Positions 35,228 through 44,513 of a DNA stretch of 64,000 nt are shown in pieces. A program made the position numbers and the translations under genes. Every line of letters begins with the position of its first letter. Position 1 is the first letter of the stretch. Source of the stretch: an uncultured Limibaculum sp. (GTDB lineage: Bacteria; Pseudomonadota; Alphaproteobacteria; Rhodobacterales; Rhodobacteraceae). The notes under the pieces were generated by a model. The model did not search any database. It worked only from the letters and a program-made list of their open reading frames with translations, and was not told where the DNA came from. The stretch covers positions 2,945 to 66,944 of the forward strand of contig CAYYZH010000003.1 in the NCBI GenBank assembly GCA_964475765.1. The letters are read 5' to 3'.

Positions 35228-37504
35228 TCAGGGCAACCGGAATGTGGCCGTTTCCGGCTCCAGACAGACCTCATGGGAACAGGCTTGCACGGTAAGTGAG
35301 AGCATCTCGCTCTCACCTCTCTGCAATGGAACTGTCAGGTCTCCTTCATAGACATTGAGCTGGTCCTTCGAAAATCCTAGCGTCATCGAAGTACCGGCGG
35401 GCCAATCCACCTCCGCGCCAGCCAAATCAACACCTATCAGCCAGTCTTGACCAGGATCATGCGCGTTGATGTGCCAGCCCTCCGCAATCCGCAGATGAAG
35501 CATGGCATCTTGCAAGTGAGCGCTGACCTTGCCCTTAGAAAGGGTCTGGCGATAGCCGGACGCGCCGCTGTCAAGCATCCGCCCCCCGATTAGGGCATCG
35601 GTGCGCAGGAGGGGTTGTCCTGATATTGGCCCTGCCAGGGCGGCGAAGAGGTTTCGAGCCGCAAGATCTACCTCGGGATCGCCCGTCCGCGCGTAGAGGC
35701 GGGCAAAAAACTCCAGCGCAGCGCTTTCGCCCGACGGTGTCGCACCATCGGAGTTGTCATAGATCGGCCCCAGCGGGCCATCCCTCGCAGCCATCTTCAA
35801 CCGACCGGACCCATCGGCAAACTGCGTCTGTATAGCTCCGAAGAGGTTCTTAGCGCGATCCAGCCACTTGTGCTCGAAACTCTGATCCGACAACGCCAAG
35901 AACGCCAGACCGAGCCAGGCATAATCTTCCAGAACGGCATCTTCCCGCGACTGCCCAACAGCCCAGAACCGCGAAAGATGTCCCTTGTCCCAAAGTCGTG
36001 TCCAAACAACATTTCCCGCGCGGGCCGCGGCTTCGGCAAGCGCGGGCTTCTCAAACGCCACCGCACCTTCAGCCATGGCCCGGATCATCAACCCGTTCCA
36101 GCCTGCGATCACCTTTTCGTCGCGTAGAGGGCGAATCCTTGCATCTCGGGCCAAACGTAAGGCGTCCAGCACAGGATCAAGCGTTTCGAAATCCACTGGC
36201 TCGCTCGGGGTGAAATGCGCAACCGCTCCAACGTCCAGCGTTGGCGCCTCGCTGATTCCAAGGACCGTTGCAAATTTGGTGGCACCGGCCTTGTCAAACT
36301 GCTCCGGCGTCCATGCATAAAAAGCGCCTTCCGCCAAATCACCGGTTTGATCCAGACTGTCGGCGTCTTCAGCCGCATAGAACGCCCCCTCATCATCGGT
36401 CATGTCGCGCAGGACGTATGTGAACGTTCGTTCGGCCGCCCGGCGATAGGCATTTTCCCCAGTGATCTCCCAAGCTTCGATGAAGGCCCGTGATAAAAGC
36501 CCCTGATTGTAAAGCATTTTCTCAAAATGTGGTGTCCGCCAGTTCGGATCGATGGTGTAGCGGTGAAAGCCACCGCCGATGTGATCGTGGATGCCACCTG
36601 CCGCGATCGCATCGAGGGTTTCGATCGCCACCTGCAGCGCATGTTGATCGCCGGTGCGCCGCCAGTGTTCCATCAGATAAAGGAGAAAACCCTCCTGCGG
36701 GAATTGCTGACTCTGAGAGAACCCACCCTCCAAAGCGTTATGCATGGACAGCAACTGCTCGGCAGCGCGGACATAAACCGTCTCGTCCAGAGGCGCCGAT
36801 TGCTGCCCGCCCAGTTGCGTAAACCGTTTGATCGCCTCACCCAATTGGTTTGCGATGCTTTCGATTTCCGGGCGCTTAGCTGGCTCGGACCAACTCTGCG
36901 CAATTGCCGCCAGAATCTGCATGAACTGCTCACGTGGTATGTACGTGCCCGTGTGGAACGGCAGTCCGTTGGGCATCAGCCAAAGCGAATTCGGCCAGCC
37001 GGCATGGCCCTGCTGCAACTGCGTTGCGGTGATGTAGAGATGATCCAGATCCGGATGCTGCTCGCGGTCGATCTTGATCGCGATGAACGAGGTGTTCAGA
37101 AGCTCGGCAACTTCCTCATTGTCGAAGCTCTCCTCCTCCATCACATGACACCAGTGACAGGTCGCGTATCCAACCGAGAGGAAGATGGGCACGCCGCGCG
37201 CCTTTGCCTCGGACAGCGTTTCCTCCGACCAAGGCCGCCAATCCACCGGATTATGGGCGTGCTGCAGAAGATAAGGTGAGGCCTCGTTGATCAGCCGATT
37301 GACGTATTTCGCGCGGCCTGCGTTATCCAAGAGATGAGTGCGTGGCGTATACCCGTCGGGCATAGCATCATAGGCCGCGTCCAATTGATTCTGGAGCGCC
37401 AAGTTCCTGAAAACGGCTGGCGGACTCTCCGTCGCCAAAGCGGGGGCTCCAATTACAAGAATAGCCGTCACCAGACCTTTGCGTGTCACGGAAAACAAGG
37501 GCAT
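35228..37504 (-). CDS. YyaL/SSP411-family thioredoxin-domain protein, exported, with C-terminal DsbD-N-like domain
   Basis: Start likely ATG 37504 (signal peptide). '[21 protein letters not shown]', '[16 protein letters not shown]', '[10 protein letters not shown]', 'DGATPSG'; C-terminal 'GWHINAH...[11 protein letters not shown]'. Confidence 0.88.
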   Translation of the reverse strand: MPLFSVTRKGLVTAILVIGAPALATESPPAVFRNLALQNQLDAAYDAMPDGYTPRTHLLDNAGRAKYVNRLINEASPYLLQHAHNPVDWRPWSEETLSEAKARGVPIFLSVGYATCHWCHVMEEESFDNEEVAELLNTSFIAIKIDREQHPDLDHLYITATQLQQGHAGWPNSLWLMPNGLPFHTGTYIPREQFMQILAAIAQSWSEPAKRPEIESIANQLGEAIKRFTQLGGQQSAPLDETVYVRAAEQLLSMHNALEGGFSQSQQFPQEGFLLYLMEHWRRTGDQHALQVAIETLDAIAAGGIHDHIGGGFHRYTIDPNWRTPHFEKMLYNQGLLSRAFIEAWEITGENAYRRAAERTFTYVLRDMTDDEGAFYAAEDADSLDQTGDLAEGAFYAWTPEQFDKAGATKFATVLGISEAPTLDVGAVAHFTPSEPVDFETLDPVLDALRLARDARIRPLRDEKVIAGWNGLMIRAMAEGAVAFEKPALAEAAARAGNVVWTRLWDKGHLSRFWAVGQSREDAVLEDYAWLGLAFLALSDQSFEHKWLDRAKNLFGAIQTQFADGSGRLKMAARDGPLGPIYDNSDGATPSGESAALEFFARLYARTGDPEVDLAARNLFAALAGPISGQPLLRTDALIGGRMLDSGASGYRQTLSKGKVSAHLQDAMLHLRIAEGWHINAHDPGQDWLIGVDLAGAEVDWPAGTSMTLGFSKDQLNVYEGDLTVPLQRGESEMLSLTVQACSHEVCLEPETATFRLP

Positions 37505-37625
37505 CCAACTCCTCTCGAAGTTCAATCACGATCCTCGCGCGATCAGAACTGAAACACCAGTAACGATCATGCGGGTTTCACAGTCTGGCCTCGGGCTCAC
37601 CGTAAATCTGTGATACAGTGAAGTT

Positions 37626-38258
37626 ATGCAGATCATAGCGAATTGCTGGCTCGCAAACATCTTGATCTCATTGGCCTTTGTGCTGGCACTTGAAGTTCCC
37701 GCTGGTGCAACTGACTTTGAGGAAGGCGGTCGCTTCCAAAACTTGACGGCCAAGTTCAACATGGGCGGAGTGAGCGCAAGGGTCGGTCTCGGGGCGGCTA
37801 GAAGTGGTGTGCGTTCCGGTCACCAATTTTCTCATCGATACCATCGTAGACGTGAAACGAGGCGGCGCTACAATCGTTCCATAAAAAGCCTGCGTCCACA
37901 TGATCGGGTCATTCTGGTCCCAGTCCGAGAACGCAAACGCGTTGTAGAACAAGAACCAACGCCGCAGATCCCTCCAACACCTAAGCCGGCGGAGGATGTC
38001 ACAACTACAGTGCCCAAACCTGAACCGCTGGACCTTGCAGGATACAGCCGGATCGTTTCTGCCCGCGGGCTGTCAGGTCAACGGATCGCCTTTGCGCCAG
38101 GTGACATCCTCCCGTTCGATGTTCCCCATGTCACCTTGAGTGCCAAGCGCTACGATTTGCCCGAACCTGGGCCCGGAGAGATCTACGCCCGGGTGCGTCA
38201 AACTGTACTGAGGATCAACGCGACAACGCGAAAAGTGATTGCGATCGTCACACGCTAG
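37626..38258 (+). CDS. Hypothetical protein, possible signal peptide, Arg-rich middle, RcnB-like C-terminus
   Basis: C-terminal 'YDLPEPGPGEIYARVRQTVLRINATTRKVIAIV' resembles RcnB-family domains; start uncertain. Confidence 0.55.
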   Translation: MQIIANCWLANILISLAFVLALEVPAGATDFEEGGRFQNLTAKFNMGGVSARVGLGAARSGVRSGHQFSHRYHRRRETRRRYNRSIKSLRPHDRVILVPVRERKRVVEQEPTPQIPPTPKPAEDVTTTVPKPEPLDLAGYSRIVSARGLSGQRIAFAPGDILPFDVPHVTLSAKRYDLPEPGPGEIYARVRQTVLRINATTRKVIAIVTR

Positions 38259-38350
38259 ACGGCGAGCCCCATCAACAATGTCGCGGATTTTCGACTGATG
38301 TCGCTTTGACGCGGGTCAGGCCCGCATTCGGGGCACTAGAGTTCCAGTTA

Positions 38351-38367
38351 GCTCTGGTATACCAAGC
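38351..38367. promoter_or_regulatory. Palindrome TGGTATACCA (GntR/FadR-type operator candidate)
   Basis: Perfect 10-bp palindrome at 38355-38364 flanked by GCT/AGC, about 40 nt upstream of the 38407 start. Confidence 0.55.
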
Positions 38368-38406
38368 AACCAGCTTACTTTTTACGCCATAGGAGCCGAC
38401 CAGCCG

Positions 38407-40113
38407 ATGAGCCCGCTTGACGAGAAAAACCCGCCTCGGAGCGGTGTATGGAAATCCGGTACTGGCAAGGGTCGATCCACGCCAAAAGGTCGCCAGATCG
38501 AGGACGAGGCGCTAGCCGAGGTTCGCGCGCTGTTGGGTGATCGGCCTCGCCGTCGTGATCTTTTGATCGAATTCCTGCACCTGATCCAGGACAAGCATGG
38601 GTGTCTCGCGTCCGCACATCTTCGTGCCCTTGCCGAAGAGATGAAACTCGCGCAGGCCGAAGTTTATGAGGTCGCCACGTTCTACGCGCATTTCGACGTC
38701 ATCAAAGAGGGGGCGAGCGCGCCTCCTGCTCTGACAATCCGGGTTTGCGACAGCCTCTCCTGCGAACTGGCTGGCGCGCAGGATCTTTTGAAGACCCTGA
38801 CGGCGAAGTATGGTGGCGGGTCCGATGTCCGCGTTTTGCGCGCACCTTGTATGGGCAGATGCGACACAGCGCCAACGCTAGAGCTTGGCCATAATCATAT
38901 CGACAACGCGACGTCTGAGAAGGTGGCGGACGCCATCGCCGCAGGGGATACACACGCGCACGTCCCTGCCTACGAGACGATGGAGGAGTACCAGGACGAA
39001 GGCGGCTACCGCGAGTTAATTGCCCTGCGCGGCGGATCGCGGACACCCGATGAGGTCCAGCAGGCCGTTCTGGACAGTGGGCTGCGCGGGCTTGGCGGCG
39101 CCGGTTTTCCATCCGGGCGTAAATGGTCGTTTGTCCGGGCCGAACCGGGGCCGCGCTATCTTGCGGTCAACGGCGATGAAGGTGAGCCCGGCACGTTCAA
39201 GGATCGCTACTATCTCGAGCGCGAGCCCCATGTGTTCCTCGAGGGAATGCTCATTGCGGCCTGGGCCGTCGAGGCGAAAACCTGCTTCATCTATATGCGG
39301 GACGAGTACCCCGCGGTGTTGGACATCCTGCGCAAGGAAATCGGAAATCTCGAGGCTGCAGGTGTTATCGAGCCCGGATACATCGATCTTCGCCGCGGGG
39401 CCGGCGCCTACATCTGTGGCGAGGAATCCGCAATGATCGAATCGATCGAAGGCAAGCGCGGCCTGCCACGTCACCGTCCTCCTTACGTGGCGCAAGTTGG
39501 GATTTTCGATCGGCCAACACTCGTGCACAATGTCGAGACACTTTATTGGGTCACCAAAGTTGCACGCGGCGGACCAGAAATTCTGAGCACGCATGAGAAG
39601 AACGGTCGCAAGGGGTTGCGATCATACTCCGTCTCCGGGCGCGTGCGTGAACCCGGGGTGAAGCTTCTGCCCGCAGGGTCGACCATTCGCGATCTCATCG
39701 ACGCGTGCGGCGGTATGGCTTCGGGGCATGAGTTCAAGGCCTATCAGCCCGGCGGTCCGTCAGCGGGTCTTCTTCCCGCCTCAATGGACGACATCCCGCT
39801 GGATTTCGACACGTTGCAACCCCATGGCAGCTTCATTGGTTCAGCAGCCGTGGTCGTGCTGTCCGATCAGGATCGGGCGAGAGATGCAGCGCTCAACATG
39901 CTGCGGTTCTTCGAAGATGAAAGCTGCGGGCAATGTACGCCGTGCCGGGTAGGGTGTGAAAAGGCTGTCAAATTGATGCAAGCGGACAGCTGGGATCAGG
40001 ATCTCCTGGGTGAGCTTTGCGAAGCGATGGTCGATGCTTCTATCTGCGGACTTGGTCAGGCGGCTCCGAACCCCATCCTCTTGACAATGAAGCATTTTCA
40101 GAACGAGATCTGA
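38407..40113 (+). CDS. NuoE-NuoF fusion flavoprotein (NAD-dependent formate dehydrogenase beta/gamma-like)
   Basis: 'VCDSLSC...CMGRCD' 2Fe-2S; 'GLRGLGGAGFPSG', 'NGDEGEPGTFKD', 'GAGAYICGEE', 'ESCGQCTPCR...SICGLG'. Confidence 0.9.
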   Translation: MSPLDEKNPPRSGVWKSGTGKGRSTPKGRQIEDEALAEVRALLGDRPRRRDLLIEFLHLIQDKHGCLASAHLRALAEEMKLAQAEVYEVATFYAHFDVIKEGASAPPALTIRVCDSLSCELAGAQDLLKTLTAKYGGGSDVRVLRAPCMGRCDTAPTLELGHNHIDNATSEKVADAIAAGDTHAHVPAYETMEEYQDEGGYRELIALRGGSRTPDEVQQAVLDSGLRGLGGAGFPSGRKWSFVRAEPGPRYLAVNGDEGEPGTFKDRYYLEREPHVFLEGMLIAAWAVEAKTCFIYMRDEYPAVLDILRKEIGNLEAAGVIEPGYIDLRRGAGAYICGEESAMIESIEGKRGLPRHRPPYVAQVGIFDRPTLVHNVETLYWVTKVARGGPEILSTHEKNGRKGLRSYSVSGRVREPGVKLLPAGSTIRDLIDACGGMASGHEFKAYQPGGPSAGLLPASMDDIPLDFDTLQPHGSFIGSAAVVVLSDQDRARDAALNMLRFFEDESCGQCTPCRVGCEKAVKLMQADSWDQDLLGELCEAMVDASICGLGQAAPNPILLTMKHFQNEI

Positions 40114-40204
40114 TCTAAGAATTCTGGGCGGGCTACATTGCCTTGCGGTTGCGCCCATGCCATCGCGCGCCTAAGAAGTGCCGTCCCTGACGGAGCTCTC
40201 GCCC

Positions 40205-41503
40205 ATGCCGCACATTCTAGATCACCGCGACGCTGATTTCGAGGCCCGCCTTGAAACGGTTCTCGGTCTCAAACGAGAGACCGACGAAGATGTCGATGAC
40301 GTCGTGGCCGAGATCATTGCGGACGTGCGGGCCCGGGGCGTAGATGCGGTGCTTGAATTGACATCGCGGTTTGACCGGCTGGACCTAACTGCCGAGGCAC
40401 TGGTCCTGACCGATGCTGACATTGAGACTGCAATAGCGCGTGTTCCTTCGGATCAAAAGGACGCGTTGGAACTGGCCGCGGATCGGATCACAGCTTATCA
40501 TCGGCGCCAATTGCCCTCCGACGAAAGATGGATAGACCCAACTGGAGTCGAACTTGGCTGGCGTTGGAGCCCCGTGGACGCAGCAGGGCTTTATGTGCCC
40601 GGCGGCCTCGCTTCCTATCCATCCTCTGTCTTGATGAACGCGATCCCTGCGAAAGTCGCAGGGGTCGAGCGCCTGGTCATGTGCGCCCCGACACCGGACG
40701 GTGTGATAAACCCCCTCGTCCTGTTGGCCGCGCGGCTCACAGGAATCGACCAAGTCTGCCGGATCGGCGGCGCACAGGCGATTGCAGCTATGGCGTACGG
40801 TGCAGGGCCGATTGTCCCCGTCGACAAAATCACCGGGCCAGGCAATGCCTTTGTCGCCGCCGCCAAGCGCCGCGTATTTGGTCATGTCGGTATCGACATG
40901 ATTGCCGGTCCGTCGGAGATTCTTGTAATCGCCGATGGTGAAAACGATCCGGATTGGGTTGCAATGGACCTGATGAGCCAGGCCGAGCATGACGCATCTG
41001 CCCAGGCTATCCTGCTCACCGATAGTCCAGAACTTGCCGACGCAGTGGCCATCGCTGTCACCAAAATTCTCAGCGGTTTGGAACGCAAGGCCATCGCCGG
41101 GCCGAGTTGGGAGGAGTTCGGCGTCATAATCACGGCACATGATCTCAAACATGCGGCAGAAATCTCCAATCGATTCGCGCCGGAGCATCTCGAGATCTGC
41201 ACAGCGGACGCCGATGCCGTCGCTACAAATATCCGGCATGCCGGTGCAATCTTCCTGGGCTCTCACACCCCGGAAGCCATCGGAGACTACGTCGGCGGAC
41301 CGAACCACGTGCTGCCAACGGCACGCTCGGCCAGATTTTCCTCAGGACTGTCTGTGTTGGACTTCATGAAACGTACAACGATTTCGCGGATGACCCCTGC
41401 TGCGCTCAAGGCAATTGGTCCGGCCACGGAAGTGCTGGCCCAAGCCGAAGGGCTAGAGGCGCATGGCCTGTCCGTAACCCGCAGACTGGAGCGCTTGAAT
41501 TGA
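40205..41503 (+). CDS. hisD: Histidinol dehydrogenase
   Basis: Start refined to ATG 40205. 'GLYVPGG', 'IGGAQAIAAMAYG', 'GPGNAFV', 'IDMIAGPSE', 'SQAEHD', 'APEHL', 'GDYVGGPNHVLPT'. Confidence 0.97.
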   Translation: MPHILDHRDADFEARLETVLGLKRETDEDVDDVVAEIIADVRARGVDAVLELTSRFDRLDLTAEALVLTDADIETAIARVPSDQKDALELAADRITAYHRRQLPSDERWIDPTGVELGWRWSPVDAAGLYVPGGLASYPSSVLMNAIPAKVAGVERLVMCAPTPDGVINPLVLLAARLTGIDQVCRIGGAQAIAAMAYGAGPIVPVDKITGPGNAFVAAAKRRVFGHVGIDMIAGPSEILVIADGENDPDWVAMDLMSQAEHDASAQAILLTDSPELADAVAIAVTKILSGLERKAIAGPSWEEFGVIITAHDLKHAAEISNRFAPEHLEICTADADAVATNIRHAGAIFLGSHTPEAIGDYVGGPNHVLPTARSARFSSGLSVLDFMKRTTISRMTPAALKAIGPATEVLAQAEGLEAHGLSVTRRLERLN

Positions 41504-41997
41504 CCCAATTTGCGCCCACCGATCGGTTGAGCAGAGTCTCCCTGATCGAAGACCGGCCACGTGCCCGCACCCCGGAAATCCAGCAGGAGCTTGATGTTGC
41601 GATCTATGATCTGATGGAAGACAATCGCTTTCAGATTATTGCCCGCGACGACGCTCCGGTACTTGTCGGACCTTATGTGCTAGGCATCGGAATGGCAGAA
41701 CGGATGCTTGTGCTGGACGCAAAGACCAGATCAGGAGAGCAAGCCACGGAACTTCATCTTTCGCTGTCCCCGTTGCGGGGGATCATCAAGGACTATTTTG
41801 CGATCTGCGAGAGCTACTTTGATGCGGTCAAACGCCTGCCACCCTCCAAGATCGAGGCAATCGACATGGGGCGCCGCGGGATCCACAACGAAGGGGCAGA
41901 CCTGCTGATCAATCGCCTTGAAGGCAAGATTGCAACCAACAGCGAGACCGCCCGCCGGCTCTTTACGGTGATCTGTGCGCTGCAATTTCGCGGCTGA
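41500..41997 (+). CDS. UPF0262 family protein
   Basis: 'AIYDLMEDNRF', 'IKDYFAICESYFDAVK', 'IEAIDMGRRGIHNEG', 'ARRLFTVIC'; TTGA overlap with hisD. Confidence 0.92.
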   Translation: MTQFAPTDRLSRVSLIEDRPRARTPEIQQELDVAIYDLMEDNRFQIIARDDAPVLVGPYVLGIGMAERMLVLDAKTRSGEQATELHLSLSPLRGIIKDYFAICESYFDAVKRLPPSKIEAIDMGRRGIHNEGADLLINRLEGKIATNSETARRLFTVICALQFRG

Positions 41998-41999
41998 AC

Positions 42000-42437
42000 A
42001 TGCTGCCGGGATCGGTCCTGTTCTGCTGCGATCACAACGCGGTTCGCTCGCCCATGGCAGAGGGCCTTCTCAAACAGTTTCATGGTAGCCGGATTTACGT
42101 TCAGTCGGCAGGCGTCTTCGGCGAGTTGGAAGTTGACGGTTTCATGGTCTCGGTCGCCGCTGAAATCGGAGTGGATATCTCGAAGCATCGCACCCGCAGT
42201 TTTGACGACATGGAAGACTGGGGGGATGATATCGACGCCTATGACCAGATCATTGCCCTTTCCCCGGGAGCGCAGCGGCGGGCCCTTGAATTCACGCGGG
42301 ACTTCCATGTCGAAGTGACGTATTGGCCGACACTCGACCCGACCGGGATGGGCGAGCGCCGCGAAGACCGGCTAGCCGCTTATCGCCAGACAAGGGATCA
42401 GTTGGCCGAACGTATCCGCGCCCAATTCCCCACCTGA
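42000..42437 (+). CDS. Low-molecular-weight phosphatase / ArsC-like protein
   Basis: 'VLFCCDHNAVRSPMAE' C-x5-R motif; 'DQIIALS', 'WPTLDP'. Confidence 0.9.
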   Translation: MLPGSVLFCCDHNAVRSPMAEGLLKQFHGSRIYVQSAGVFGELEVDGFMVSVAAEIGVDISKHRTRSFDDMEDWGDDIDAYDQIIALSPGAQRRALEFTRDFHVEVTYWPTLDPTGMGERREDRLAAYRQTRDQLAERIRAQFPT

Positions 42438-42527
42438 AAGGATCAGGTGTTTTCGCATCCAGCCCTTGCAAAACTGCGCTGTTGCCGCCATGTTCCGGCG
42501 CCAACCGAAACCCGATACGGAGACACC

Positions 42528-42746
42528 ATGGCCAAGGAAGAAACTCTCGAATTCCCCGGCGTCGTTTCCGAGCTTCTGCCGAATGCGACATTCCGGGTAG
42601 AGCTCGAGAACGGCCATGAGATCATCGCACATACGGCAGGCAAGATGCGCAAGAACCGAATCCGCGTCCTCGCCGGTGACAAGGTGCAGGTCGAGATGAC
42701 ACCCTACGACCTCACCAAGGGCCGGATCATCTACCGGTTCAAATGA
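42528..42746 (+). CDS. infA: Translation initiation factor IF-1
   Basis: '[30 protein letters not shown]...[16 protein letters not shown]'; SD GGAGA. Confidence 0.99.
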   Translation: MAKEETLEFPGVVSELLPNATFRVELENGHEIIAHTAGKMRKNRIRVLAGDKVQVEMTPYDLTKGRIIYRFK

Positions 42747-43327
42747 AGCTGATCCTCGGCTCGGCCTCGCCGCGTCGCCGCGAGTTGCTGGCCCAAATTG
42801 GCATCATCCCGGATCTGGTTCTGTCCACTGAGATTGACGAGACCCCCTATCCCGCCGAGGTGCCACGCATCTATGTCGAACGGATGGCACGGGAAAAATC
42901 TACAGCTGTCCCGCAGTCGGGCAATGCGCTTGTCCTGACCGCGGATACAACCGTCAGCGCCGGGCGTCGCATTCTTGGCAAGCCCGGGGACACCGATGAA
43001 GCCGAGAGGTTTCTCCGAACGTTGTCTGGTCGGCGCCATCAGGTGACCACCGCGGTATGTGTTCGCCAGAACGACAAGCAAGAAATGCGAGTTGTCGTCA
43101 CCCGCGTGAAGTTCAAACGCCTCTCAGAAGCCGAGGTCTCAGCCTACCTCGCTTCGGGCGAATGGCTGGGCAAGGCGGGTGGGTACGCGATCCAGGGCAT
43201 CGCTGCAGCGTTCATTCCTGAAATTCGGGGCTCGTACAGCAACGTCGTTGGTCTGCCGTTGGCGGAGACGGCAAACCTGCTGACGGGTCTGGGATATGCC
43301 GTGACTTATGCAAGGCAACCCACATGA
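42743..43327 (+). CDS. maf: Maf family nucleoside triphosphate pyrophosphatase
   Basis: '[14 protein letters not shown]', 'TADTTV', 'KAGGYAIQG', 'SNVVGLP'. Confidence 0.96.
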   Translation: MKLILGSASPRRRELLAQIGIIPDLVLSTEIDETPYPAEVPRIYVERMAREKSTAVPQSGNALVLTADTTVSAGRRILGKPGDTDEAERFLRTLSGRRHQVTTAVCVRQNDKQEMRVVVTRVKFKRLSEAEVSAYLASGEWLGKAGGYAIQGIAAAFIPEIRGSYSNVVGLPLAETANLLTGLGYAVTYARQPT

Positions 43328-44511
43328 AAGGCCGGGTGATCCTGATCGACATGCCGGAGGAGCGCGTCAGTCAGGCGGCACTCGTTGTCGATGGGCGACT
43401 GGAGGATCTTCTGGTCGACCGCAAGAAAGGCGACGACGCCCCCGCCCCTGGCGAAATCTATTGGGCCAAGGTGGACCGTCTTGTCCCAAACATGGGCGGC
43501 GCCTTCGTCAAACTTACACCAAGACACATGGGCTTCCTGCGCGAGGCCCAGAGGCCGAAGTCAGGCGAAGGCGTTTTGGTTCAGGTGTCTTCCTATCCCG
43601 AGCCGGGCAAAGCCGTGCCGGTCACCGCTCGTCTTCTATACAAGGGTCGACGGATCATCCACACGCCTGGTGCACCGGGGATCAACGTTTCCAGGAAGAT
43701 CAAAGATCCGGCTGAACGCGAAAGGTTGCTACGATCTGTTGCCGATTGGAAACCTGACCCATGCACCACCCGAGAACCCGCGGCAAGCTGGTACGAACAC
43801 GTTCACAATGAAGGTGGTTTCATCGTGCGCGCGGCAGCTCACGGTATAGCAGCTTCTGAACTCCAAAATGAACTCTCCTGGATTTTGGCGATGCGAAGCA
43901 AAAAGGAGGGAATTTCCCGCAGCAGCGATCCGGGCACTGTGGAGTTTGCGGCTCCCGTGATCGGTAGGGCGCTGCGCGAGTGGACGGGTCAAGCAGGTTT
44001 CGAAATTGTCCTTGGTCCTCGCGCAGAACGAGAAATATCAGCCGTTCTTAGCACGGATCTCAGCGCGAGTTCAGACATCGAAACTTCGCTATTTTCTATG
44101 GATGGTGATCCGTTTGATGAACTTGGTGTTTGGGACGAGATCGACGGTCTGCGCCAGCCGCGAGTGGATCTACCCTCCGGCGCATGGATGGCTATCGAGA
44201 CCACGCGGGCCTTGGTGACAGTCGATGTGAACACCGGCGATCAGTTCGGCGGCGGTGCAGCCATGACCGCCAATATCGAGGCCGCGCGGGAACTGCCGAG
44301 ACAACTCAGGTTGCGGGGACTTGGCGGGCAAATCGTCATCGACTTTGCGCCATTGAAGAAAGTGCAACGCAAGAAGATCGAGGAGACGCTGAAATCGGCG
44401 TTCCGCAAGGATCCAATTGGTAGCACGCTGGCGGGCTGGACGCCTCTCGGGAACTTCGAGCTTCAACGCAAGCGTGAGCGCCGCCCACTGTCAGAGTTGC
44501 TCACTGACTGA
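43324..44511 (+). CDS. rng: Ribonuclease E/G family (short RNase G-like)
   Basis: S1-like N-terminus; '[12 protein letters not shown]', '[19 protein letters not shown]'. Confidence 0.9.
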   Translation: MKGRVILIDMPEERVSQAALVVDGRLEDLLVDRKKGDDAPAPGEIYWAKVDRLVPNMGGAFVKLTPRHMGFLREAQRPKSGEGVLVQVSSYPEPGKAVPVTARLLYKGRRIIHTPGAPGINVSRKIKDPAERERLLRSVADWKPDPCTTREPAASWYEHVHNEGGFIVRAAAHGIAASELQNELSWILAMRSKKEGISRSSDPGTVEFAAPVIGRALREWTGQAGFEIVLGPRAEREISAVLSTDLSASSDIETSLFSMDGDPFDELGVWDEIDGLRQPRVDLPSGAWMAIETTRALVTVDVNTGDQFGGGAAMTANIEAARELPRQLRLRGLGGQIVIDFAPLKKVQRKKIEETLKSAFRKDPIGSTLAGWTPLGNFELQRKRERRPLSELLTD

Positions 44512-44513
44512 CC

